NCBI RefSeq assembly: GCF_030144855.1
Contig: NC_082719.1
Location: 42,346,001 to 42,410,000, forward strand
Direction: 5' to 3'
Source: Hypanus sabinus
Taxonomy: Eukaryota
DNA length: 64,000 nt
Part shown: piece by piece, positions 26,010 to 36,390 of the stretch
Position numbering within the stretch: position 1 is the first letter of the stretch
Layout of the letters: every line of letters begins with the position of its first letter
Position numbers and translations under genes: made by a program
The notes under the pieces: model-generated
Told to the model about the DNA's origin: nothing
The model's input: the letters and a program-made list of their open reading frames with translations, nothing else
Database searches by the model: none

Positions 26010-27281
26010 ATAGTAACACACTCAAAATACTCAACAGGCTAGGCAGTATCCATGGAAAAGAATAAGCAGTCGACATTTTGGGCCACGACCCTTCATCTGG
26101 AAAATAAGATTAGAATCCAGAGTAAGAAGGTGGGGAAGGAAACGAAGAAGTACAAGGCAATAGATGAAACCAGGCCAGTGGGAGGGGTGAAGTAAAGAGC
26201 TGGGAAGTTGATTTATATAGGCATCCGTTAGTCTCGTGAGACCATGGATTTGCACCTTGGAAGGCTTCCAGGATTGTATGGGAGTCTGGCAGTTGCCCAA
26301 GCTGCAAGCCTTCCCCTCTCCACACCACCAATGTTGTCCAAGGGAAGGGCATTAGGATCCAAGCAGCTTGGCACCGGTGACGTCGCAGAGCAATGTGTTG
26401 TTAAGTGCCTTGCTCAAGGACACAAACACGCTGCCTCAGCTGAGGCTCGAACCATGACCTTCAGGTTACTAGTTCAATGTTTATCCACTAGGCCACACGC
26501 CAACACAGTTGATTAGTGAAAGCAATAAAGGGCTGGAGAAGTGGGTATCTGATAGGAGAGGACAGAAGGTCATGGAAGAAAGGGTAGGGGGAGGAGCACT
26601 AGAAGGAGTTGATGGGCAGGTACGGAGATAATGCAAGAGAGGGAAATGGGAATGGGGATTAGTGAAGGAAAAAGTGGGGAAAGAAATTACCAGAAGCTCA
26701 AGAAATCGATGTTCATGCCATCAGTTTGGACGCTACCCAGACAGAATATTACTCCACCAACCTTAGAGTGGACTCATCGTAGCAGTAGAGGAGACTATGG
26801 ACTGACATGTTGGAAAGGGAATGGGAAGTAGAATTGAAATGGGTGGCCACTGGGAGATCTCATTTTTACTGACAGACAGAGTGTAGATGCTCGGTGAAGT
26901 GGTCTCCCTATCTACGTTGGGTATCATTGATATACAGGAGGCCACACCGTGAGCACCGGATACAGTAGACGACCCTAATAGACTCCCAGGTAAAGTGTCG
27001 CTTCACCTAGAAGGACTGTTTGGGGCCCTGAATGGTAGTGAGGGAGGAAATGTAGGGCAGGTGTAGCACTTGTTCTACATGCAAAGCTAAGTGCCAGGTG
27101 GGAGATCAGCAGGGAGGGATGAATGGACAAGGGAGTCGTGTAGGAAGAGATCCATGTGAAAAGCAGAAAGTGGGGTGGAGGGAAAGATGTGCTTGTGATG
27201 GGTTTTCACTTTGGGTCAGGGGTATCCATTTTGTGTATTACTTTGTTTTTCATCATCTGCAGATTTTCTCTTGCTTGTGGT
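26010..27281. mobile_element. Penelope-like insertion: inverted ~1.2 kb body (GIY-YIG region and pLTR on -) plus pLTR terminus on +
   Basis: 26010-27205 is colinear with about 57865-58790. Decayed hammerhead at 26067-26099. 27225-27277 is the pLTR end in the opposite orientation. Confidence 0.85.
26214..26506 (-). mobile_element. tRNA-derived CORE-like SINE
   Basis: A box TGGCCTAGTGG, B box GGTTCGAGCC, core gtgtccttgagcaaggcactt. 8-bp TSD AGTTGATT (26206-26213 / 26507-26514). Confidence 0.8.
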
Positions 27282-28445
27282 TCAGCATTATATCCTTGCT
27301 TTTGCATTCTACTCCTCTTGAAATTAATGCTACCATTGCATGTGCTTTCCTTACCACCAACTGAAACTATGTTAACTTCTAGGAAATCCTGCATGAGAAC
27401 TCCCAAGTCCCTTTGCAACTCTGATTATTGAATTTTCTCTCCATTTAGAAAATAGTTCATGCCACCATTCTTTCTGCCAAGGTGCATGACCATGCTCTTG
27501 CCAACACTATATTCTGTCAGCCACTTCTTTGCCCGTTCTCCCAATCTGTCCAAGTCCTCTGCAGAATCCCTGCTTCCTCAACACTACTTTCCCCTCCACC
27601 TATCTTCATATTATCCACAAACTTGGCCAAAAAACCATCATTCAAATCATTGAAATAAAACATAAAAAGCATCAGTCTCAACACTGACCCCTGTGGAACA
27701 TCACCAGTCACCAGTAGCCAACCAGAAGAGGCCCCCTTTATTCTCAAAGGTTCAAAAAAAGGTTCAGAAGTTAATTTATTATCAAAGTATACAACTTGAA
27801 ATTCTTCTTCTCTGGGTAGCCATGAAACCAAGAGAGAAAAGAAAGGCAGCGTGATCATCAACCTCCAAAACTCACAACTCTCCGCACAAAAAAGACTAAC
27901 AGAAACAGACAGGCTCATCAACTCCAAAATCCCTTCCCTGCACAGAAAATAAACAAAGCGCTTTGTTAAAATTCAAGTACACAACATCCACTGATTCTCC
28001 TTTGTCTAACCTACCTGTTATATTCTCAAAGAATTCAAACAGATTTGTTAGACAAGATTTCCCCTGAAGGAAACCATGCTGACTTCAGCCTATTTTGTCA
28101 TGTACCTCCAAGTACCTTGAAACCTCATCCTTAATAACAGAACCCAATATCATTCCAAACACTGAACTCGGGCTAACAGGCCCACAATTTATTTTCTTTT
28201 GCCTCCCACCCTTCAAAAAGGGTGGCGTGACATTTACAGTTTTCCAGTCCTTCGGAACCATTGCAAAATCCAGTCATTCTTGAAAGATCCTTATTCGTGC
28301 CTCCACAATACTAGTTACGTCTTTCGGAACCCTGGGTTGTGTTCCATCTGGTCCAGCTGCCTTCAGACTTTTCAGCTTCCCAAACACCTTCTCCTTAGAA
28401 AAAGCAACAACCCTCACTTCTGCACTCTGACACACTCTTGCACTT

Positions 28446-28720
28446 CAGAATCACAATCAGAATCAGGTTTTTTTTTTATCATCGGCATGTGTCATGAAAT
28501 TCGTTAACTTAGCAGCAGTAGTTCAAGGTAATGCATAATATAGAAGAAAAAATAAAATAATAATAATAAATAAATCAATCAATTACAGTATACATATATT
28601 GAATAGATTAAAAATAGTGCAAAAAAAAGTGTTCATGGGTTCGACGTCCATTCAGAAATTTGATGGCAGGGTGGAAGAAGCTGTTCCTGAACCGCTGACT
28701 GTGTGCCTTCAGGCTCCCTT
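28446..28720 (-). mobile_element. Rex1/Babar 3' tail
   Basis: tcagaatcaggttt...gaagaagctgttcctgaa, the reverse complement of the tail at 36150-36390. Confidence 0.7.
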
Positions 28721-29651
28721 GTACACTAAAAGATGAACTCTTCATCTCCCAATTAATCCCATTGTGGCCCTTGCACTCAATCCATCTGCCTGCACTTGTA
28801 ACTATTCAATAGGACAGCACTGGTAGTACAGGAGGATTAAAGCAATGGAGAATTGAACATAAAATGCTAGGCATGAAGACTGATAACTTCACATTGCATA
28901 CGGGGTGTTGACTGCAAGTGACTAAGACGCAGGGCAGGAATTTTCCTCCCAATATTATTGTGTGATTTCTAACTCTTAAACCACTTAATGCAACCAGTAT
29001 CTTGGAGGTTTTGAGCCTGCTCCTGGACTATACTTGCTGTATTGAAGGTTCCATATCAATGTTAGATGTCGATATTGGTGTGGTTTTGATTTCATGTCAG
29101 CACGTTTGCTGACAGGCTTTTCATAATAATAATATTGCTAGCTCATAATATTGTAGAATCTATTGCAGTCAAGAGTGTGTTAACAACAGAAAGCAAGCTA
29201 CATCATATTCTGAACTTAAAATGTGACATCATACTGTTTTATAGTTCATGAATCTTGCTTGGAGGACCAGTGCAGAATAGAGTTAATTCTTGTCATAGAG
29301 GGATTATTTTATAGTAGCACCAACAAAACTGGAGATATTCAACCATTGTTAAATTGACAATGCTTCGATTTATTTTCCACCCCTGTACGTGCTACAGCCT
29401 GATAGCATGGTTAATGATGGTAATCAATCAGCTGCGGTCATTAAGCCTCTATTACAGCAACATTGCCATAAGTCTCCAAGGGATTAAAACAACTCAGCGT
29501 CTCCTCCATGGAAACAGTTACCCAGTGAGAACCAGTAAATGAGTGGTCCTAAATTTTAAATAATCAACATTACGTATGCAGCTTATCAGTATCATTGTTG
29601 TAGTTGATTATGAATGCAAGGCTCAGCTTTAAATTATATCGTTATTGGTGC

Positions 29652-29967
29652 CCTGTTTCCCAGGGCACCAATAGCAACACCAGAGGGCATATATACAAAA
29701 TTAAGGGAGGAAAGTTTAGGGGAGACATCAGGGGTAAGTTTTTTACACAGAGGGTTGTGAGTGCCTGGAATGACTTGCCAGGGATGGTGGTGGAGGCTAA
29801 AACATTAAGGGTATTTAAGAGCCTCTTGAACAGGCACATGGAAGAAAGTAAAATGGAGGGTTATGGGGTAGTGTGGGTTTAGTACTTTTTTTAAAGGATT
29901 ATATGGGTCAGCACAACATGGAGGGCTGAAAGGCCTGTACTGTGCTGTAATGTTCTATGGTTCTATA
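29652..29967 (+). mobile_element. Young 5'-truncated CR1 3' end
   Basis: NTRGHIYKIKGGKFRGDIRGKFFTQRVVSAWNDLP plus a (ttctatgg)-type tail. Confidence 0.9.
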
Positions 29968-30246
29968 GATACTCTGCTCTAAAATGAAGGCCTCATCACA
30001 TCTTAGCAATAAAATGCACTATTGATGGAATGAATTGGTTGGAAACTAATTTACAAGAAACATAAGTATTAATTGTCATTTTAGGCTTCATATTAAGAAT
30101 ACAATAACATTTTGTTTTAAATATTGTAAACTAAGCATGTATAGTTTGGGTGACAAGACATGCTGGCATATAAATGTTAAAAACTCATTTCAAAGCATTA
30201 AGGTGTCAATTTATTGACTGGATTTTGAAAAGTATATTTTCTCTAG

Positions 30247-30303
30247 GTACTCTTACCAACATTCTGTTTTTGCAAATCTGCATCAAATCAGTCCTATCAC
30301 CAG
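30247..30303 (+). other. Candidate 57-nt exon
   Basis: ttttctctag| acceptor and consensus CAG|gtaagt donor. Length is a multiple of 3 and all frames are open. Confidence 0.3.
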
Positions 30304-30353
30304 GTAAGTTGTATTAAACAGCATCACTTACCATGCTATTTGTGAAATTGGTA

Positions 30354-31055
30354 TGTAAAGGGGGTTTCTTTTTTTTTCTTTGTTACTGTTGGGAAAGGGT
30401 TTCCTTTTGTTAACTAGCAGGAATGCTAATTTACTGATAACGAGAATGGTATTCCTTTCTAAACCAAGTGGAGATTAATGTTCTTTCTTCTGAGTCTGTA
30501 AGCTTTTGTTGACGGGCTTTTGGGCAGATCGGCGCGAGGGGGTCGAGAGAGAGGACGCAATGCTCTAAGCTGGGCGAGGATCGGACCCCAAAGGGGGGTC
30601 CGAGGCCGGGAGATTCTCCGAGGAGGGGGGGGATGACGCTAGATGTGCTTGGTTGACCACTCGGAGGGTCCTGAGCTGTTTGGAGAGTCGAGGAGTTCGG
30701 AGGGTCCTGAGCTGTTTGGAGAGTCGAGGAGTTCGGAGGGGATCGAATGGTGGCCAGAAGACTTCAGTAATTGAGCTCCAATGGTTGTGCACGAAGTGGT
30801 TTGGACTTTGATAAGTTTGGCACCTTTTCTTTAATTTTCTCTTCATATATACTGTATCGTTATTAATCACTTAGTTATAGTAACCTTTATAAATTGTACT
30901 CATTTAATCGCATGTGGTGTACTGTCTGGTTTTGGGCGAGGCGGGGACATCACACAGCATCCACACCAGCTGATTACCCAGTTTGGCGGGGCCGAAGGCT
31001 GCTCCCCCTAGACAAGAATGAGCTGAGCGAGCCTGAGGCGACCCAGGGAGTTACA
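30354..31055 (+). mobile_element. Solo LTR (Gypsy-like)
   Basis: TGTAA...TTACA termini and 4-bp TSD GGTA (30350-30353 / 31056-31059). Internal 36-bp tandem duplication at 30661-30740. Strand is tentative. Confidence 0.85.
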
Positions 31056-31166
31056 GGTACAACGGAATGAACCAGATTCTCACAACGTACAACTTGTGGG
31101 TCTGCTCGTCTCTGACTTCTAAGCTCGTACTTTTCAGTTTTAAAGTCAGAAAGAAGATGGAGGTCA

Positions 31167-31440
31167 GATGTTGACACATCTGGCAATGTATACCGAAGTC
31201 TATTGTTTTGATGTTGACACATCTGGCAATGTATACCGAAGTCTATTGTTTTGATGTTGACACATCTGGCAATGTATACCGAAGTCTGTTGTTTTGATGT
31301 TCACACATCTGGCAATGTATACCGAAGTCTGTTGTTTTGATGTTGACACATCTGGCAATGTATACCGAAGTCTGTTGTTTTGACGTTGACACATCTGGCA
31401 ATGTATACCGGTCTGTTGTTTTGACGTTGACACATCTGGC
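31167..31440. repeat. 43-bp minisatellite, about 6.4 copies
   Basis: Unit GATGTTGACACATCTGGCAATGTATACCGAAGTCTRTTGTTTT at 31167, 31210, 31253, 31296, 31339, 31382 (41 bp) and 31423 (partial). Confidence 0.97.
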
Positions 31441-31789
31441 CTCCTGGTTCATGCAAGAACTCAGCACATGAGTCCAGGACTGGAGAAAGATGAACTAAGC
31501 TAAGGGTTTGGATGCCGTTTGTCACACAGGCCCTCACATAGACACCAAGGATGGATTAGAACGGGATAGCCAAATTTGATTAACCATAGGCTAGTGGTTT
31601 ATTTCCTTTATTTCATTTTATGTTTTGTTTTAATTAATGTTTAGTAGCATAAACTTGAAAGGGTATTTGTTTAATTTTATTGGATCATTGGAGTTCAATT
31701 AAACTGGTATTAAATTTCCATAATGATTGGAAACAATTAAAAAAATGTTCAAAGTCCCCTGAAAGCATAAAAACCATTGCGATCGGCAA

Positions 31790-32010
31790 AAGACTGGTAT
31801 GACAGGGGACTGCTGCCTCATAGTTACAGTGACCCAGGGTCAATCATGACCTTCAGTGCTGTCGGTATGGATTTTCATGTGCTCCCTGTGAACACATGGA
31901 GGGTGGTGGGGGCAGGGGTGCAGTGTTGTATGAGAAATAAAATGGGATTAAAGTAGGATTTGTGTAAAGATGGGTACCAGATGGTCAATACTCACTCAGT
32001 GGGCTGCATT
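31790..32010 (+). mobile_element. Decayed V-SINE (HE1-like)
   Basis: ctgctgcctca.ag..cagtgacccaggg head and a 'ggattttcatgtgctccctgtg' core remnant. Confidence 0.5.
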
Positions 32011-32510
32011 CATACTCCATAGATTAACAACTGTATTTTAGGTCAGGGCCTCAAGGTCCTCCTCCCGAGCCTGAGCTGTAACTTGCGTCGTTTTCCATTT
32101 TGAGTGGTAGCTTTGTTCAAACTCATTTGGAAATGCAGAACCACAGCAACAGTCCACAGAATTGACACCAAGCCCAGGTGTCAGGTCCAAGTGTGGGTCT
32201 GCATCTAAGAACATCGTTAAGCAGAGAAGAGCAACTTCAGACTGGAAGGGAAATAAATTACCCCAAATGCTTTAAGAAATTACTATCAGTAGACTCCTAT
32301 GTATCATATCGGCTAAGGTGAAGTGCTATTAATATGTAATGCCATTTTTTTACTAAATACCTTGAGTTTTTTGATCAGGAATACAAAACAGCACATCATC
32401 AGAATGGCATATAAAGAGACAATGGGCCTACAAACATTTGGGATGTGGACTTATGAAGGCCTCAGAACTCAAAAAGTATAACACAATTCACACAAACTTT
32501 AAGTTTACTA

Positions 32511-33342
32511 TGTTACGAAATCACGTAACTGGATCACTTACCAGCAAAAATAGAGAGGTCCGTTGAAGTCTGATGGTACTATTTTTTATTTATTGATAAA
32601 GGGTACAAAATAAGATTAATGCAAACATACAGATAATATACGTCGTCAATACTAAATCTAAAGCGCGGGTATAATAATAACCAATAAGAAATAGCTCTAT
32701 CTTTGTCTAGGGGATAATGTATTGTCCGATGGAAATATAAAAGTCACTCAGTTCATTCAGGCTGCAGCCTTTTGGTTGTCGCTGTGTTGCACTTTGTTGG
32801 AGAGAGAGAAATAGGAATAGACTGGGAACAGTTACCGCTGCGGGTTTTCCAACCTTTACGATTTCGATCCATCAGGAGTCCCGTTGGTGCGGTCGTTCAC
32901 TTGTGGCCTCTCCTTTAGCTAAAGCCGTTCTTCTGTGGTGAGGCTGCCAATCCCAGGCGAGGGAAAGGACGCACGCAAGCCCCCCACCGGCTGTCGCAAT
33001 TAAACGCTGTCACGAGATTTCTAGCGTTTCTCCTGGTGCGTCTGAAGGGGTTGTTCCCCAGACCCTCTTTTATCCTTACTCCCAGGGTCTCAGATGTCAA
33101 TCAGGTTGGGATGATGCAATCCCTCAACCAGCCCACTCTGGTCATCCCCTGAGGGGCTTCAATGAATAGTACAGTACTCAATACACAACTTGGTCTTCCG
33201 AAGACAATGGCCATGACCCGTAGCTTTACATCGCCGGGGAAATGAGACATTCTGCACGTCTCTCTCTCATTTCCTGGGCCCCTTGACCCAACCCAACAGT
33301 GATCTTGCGATTCTCACAAAGGAGGGGGCTACGGACTTAACA
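32511..33342 (-). mobile_element. Solo LTR (Gypsy-like)
   Basis: TGTTA...TAACA termini and TSD ACTA (32507-32510 / 33343-33346). GGATAAAAG and AATAAA on the - strand. Confidence 0.88.
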
Positions 33343-33594
33343 ACTATAACAGTCAAAGATTATCAAACTATAAGAAAATATTTACTTCATTATTCAATAA
33401 TAAAATGGAGAAACTCAAAAGAGGAAAATATCGACTCACCTTTGTTCCCTCTTTCAAGAGACTGTTACATAGACTGATGAATGTGCAATAGTTGGAAGGA
33501 TATTGTATTGTGCAGGCAGAAGGAATTATAGTAGCTGCACATTTGATTTCTAATGTAATTAGTTCAGCAAAACATTATGGGCTGAATGGCCTGT

Positions 33595-34375
33595 CCTGTG
33601 CCCCTACACCTCCTTCCTCACCACCATTCAGAGCCCCAAACAATCCTTCCAGGTGAGGCAACACTTCACCTATGAGTCTGTTGGGGTCACATACTGTATT
33701 TGGTGCTGTTGGTGTGGTCTCCTGTAATTGGGGAGGCCTGACATATATTGGGAGACCGCTTCACCGAGCATCTACACTCCATCTGCCAGAATGAGCAGGA
33801 TCTCCTAGTGGCTGCCGATTTTAATTCCGTTTCCCATTCCCATTCCGATATGTCCATCCATGGTCTCCTCCACTGTCGTGATGAGGCCACACTTAGGCTG
33901 GAGGAACAACACCTTACGTTCCGTTTGGGTAGCCTCCAACCTGATGGTATGAACATTGATTCTCAGATTTTCAGTAATGCCACCCCCCTACTGCCTTCAC
34001 CATTTCCCATCCCCTTTTCCTTCTCTCATGTTATCTCCTTACCTGTCCATCACCTCCCTCTGGTGCTCCTCCCCCACCCTTTTTCTCTTTCTTCAATGGC
34101 CTTCTGTCTTTCACCAATCAACTTCCAAGCTCTTTGCTTCATCCCTCCCCCTCCAAATTTCACCTAGAGGCTGGTGTTTCTCTCTCCACCGCCCCCCCCC
34201 CATCCCGCAACCTTTCAAATCTACTCCTCAGCATTTTTTCCTTCAACCTGCCGAAGGGTTTCGGCCCGAAATGCCAACTGTGCTTTTTTTCCATAGATGC
34301 TGCCTGGCCTGCTGAGTTCCTCCAGCATTTTGTGTGTGTTGCTCGGATTTCCAGCATTTGCAGATTTTCTCTTGT
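33595..34375 (+). mobile_element. Penelope-like element 3' part: GIY-YIG endonuclease remnant plus pLTR with hammerhead variant
   Basis: GDRFTEHLHSI..FNS.SHSHSDMSIHGLLHC..LEEQHL.FRLGSLQPDGMN. CTGCCGA-agggtttcggccc-GAAA at 34248-34271. Confidence 0.9.
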
Positions 34376-34509
34376 CTATGCTGTATTTGTCCTATTTTCG
34401 ATGTAGAAGTCAGAAAAAAAGTGTGGGAGGAGGGGAAGGAGCAAGGGTGGCGGGTGACAGGTGAACCCTGGACCTGGTTTCTCAAGGCTGCTAACACTGA
34501 GACTTATGA

Positions 34510-34632
34510 AACAAATCAAAAAGCTGCAGATGCTGTAAATCTGAAACAGAAACTGCTGGAAACGTACAGCAGGTCGAGCAGCATCCATGTAGGGAAAATC
34601 AGTTAACATTTTAGGTCCGGGACGCTTTGTCA
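34510..34632 (-). mobile_element. Divergent Penelope pLTR, convergent with the preceding one
   Basis: ctgcagatgctgtaaat tail and a decayed hammerhead (tgacaa-agcgtcccggacct-aaaa-tgtt-aactg on -). Confidence 0.65.
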
Positions 34633-34774
34633 ATTTTGACTTACCTCAGCAAACATCCGAGTACAGTATCAGAGAAACTGATGTCTCATCAAAGGTTCCT
34701 CTTCTAGGTTCACCAAGAAGGCCAAGTCTCTGCAGAAGTCTCTGAACAGCTACAACCAACATATCACCTGCGGA

Positions 34775-36390
34775 ATCAGAGGTGTCAACACACTTCTATC
34801 AAGGACACTTACCAAGAGGATGAAGTCTTGCAAAGTGGCAAGCTCAGATAGTATACCCGGTAGGGCAGTGAAAACCTGTGCAAACTGGCAGGTGTATTCA
34901 AGGGCATCTTCAATCTCTCACTGTTGCAGTCTGAGGCTTCCACCTGCTTCAAAAGGGTGCCAATAATACCAGTGCCCAAGAAGAACAGGATGAGCTCCCT
35001 CATTGACTATTGACCAGTTGCACACACATCTACTGTGACAAAATACTTTGGTTGGTCGTGGTCAGAATCAACTCCAGTCTAAGCAAGGACCTGGACCACT
35101 GCAAACAAGAGGAAATCTGCAGATGCTGGAAATCCAAGCAACACACACAAAATGCTGATGGAACTCAGCAGACCAGGCAGCATCTCCAGAAAACATCAGT
35201 GTCAACATTTCAGGCTGAGACCTGCCTACTTCCACAGTATGTCTACAGTGGATGCAATCTCACTGGCCATCCACTTACCCTAGAATCAATAGCAATATGT
35301 ATGTCAGGCTGCTGTTTGTTGATTACAGCTCGGTGTTCAACACCATCATACCCTCAGTACTGGTCAATATGCTCCAAAGCCTGCACCTCTGTACCTCCCT
35401 CTGTAACTGGATCCTCAGCTTCCTCATTGCGAAACCACAGTCAGTGCAGATCAGAAAATATCTCCTCCTCATTAACAGTCAATATTGGTGCCCCTCAAGG
35501 ATGCATGCTTAGCCCACAGCTCTACTCTCTCTGAACCATGACTGTGTGGCTAGGCACAGCTAAATCACCATCTTTGAATTTGCCGATGACACAAGTATTG
35601 TTGGCAGAATTTCACATAGTGACAAGGAGGCGTACAGGAGTGAGATACATTGGCTGACTGAGTGGTGTCACAATAACAAACTTGCACTCAATATGATTAA
35701 GGAATTGGTTGTGGACTTCAGGCAAGAAAGTTGAGGGGACTGACACCAGTCCTTATTTTGGGGATCAGGAGTGGAAAGGGTGAGCTGTTTTAAATTCCTG
35801 GGTTTCAACATCTCTGAAGATCTATCCTGGGCTGCCAGTACAAAGAAGGCAAGACAGTGGTTATATTTCATCAGGAGATTGAAAAGACTTGGTATGACAA
35901 CAAAGACTCCTACAAATTTCTACATTTGTGCGATGGAGCACATTTTAATTGATTGCATCACCAGCCAGTATGGAAGGGGCTGGAAGAGACAGTTGAAGGT
36001 TGTGAACTCATTCATCTCCATCATGAGTACTAGCTCAGCATCAAGGACATCTTCAAAAGGCAATGACTCAGATAGGCAGCATCCATCAACCAAGACACAC
36101 AGCAACCAGGACATGGACTTTTCTCATTACTATCATCAAGGAGGAGGTACAGGAGCCTAAAGACACATACTCCACTCTTTAAGAACAGCTTCTTCCCCTC
36201 CACCATCAAATTTCTGAATGAACCCACATATTCTACCTCAATATTCTTTTGCTCTCTTATTGCACTACTTATTTTTATACATTTCTTATTGTAATTTATA
36301 GTTTTTTTTATTATGTATTGCAATGTACTGTTGCCACAAAACAACAAATTTCACAACATATGCCAGTGATGTTAAACCTGATTCTGAAGT
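34775..36390 (+). mobile_element. Rex1/Babar LINE RT-to-3' fragment
   Basis: [36 protein letters not shown] and FKFLG.NISEDLSW motifs. Confidence 0.88.
35105..35222 (-). mobile_element. Solo Penelope pLTR inserted in Rex1, truncated inside hammerhead stem II
   Basis: The - strand begins ggtctcagcct-GAAA-tgtt-gacac and runs to the pLTR end. Confidence 0.85.

Larger units (their letters stand above)
25435..28440 (-). mobile_element. CR1 LINE (RT to 3' end) interrupted by Penelope, SINE and Rex1-tail insertions
   Basis: CR1 tail at 25435, ORF 'VTGDVPQGSVL..F.NDL..KFVDNMKIGG', and CR1 sequence resuming across 26007/27282. Confidence 0.85.

Noticed and set aside
26440-26506. tRNA gene
   Set aside because: A and B boxes are present, but they are followed by a SINE core and tail and flanked by a TSD. 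It is a SINE head.
31167-31440. CRISPR-like array (palindromic repeat units)
   Set aside because: Units abut with no unique spacers, there are no cas genes, and the context is vertebrate. It is a minisatellite.
31200-31537. Repetitive Cys/His ORFs (HCQMCQHQ) as zinc fingers
   Set aside because: These are translations of the 43-bp repeat cycling through reading frames.
34645-34767. Minus-strand coding exon (CAG acceptor, GAG|gtaagt donor)
   Set aside because: All three frames contain stops. A non-coding exon cannot be excluded but is unsupported.
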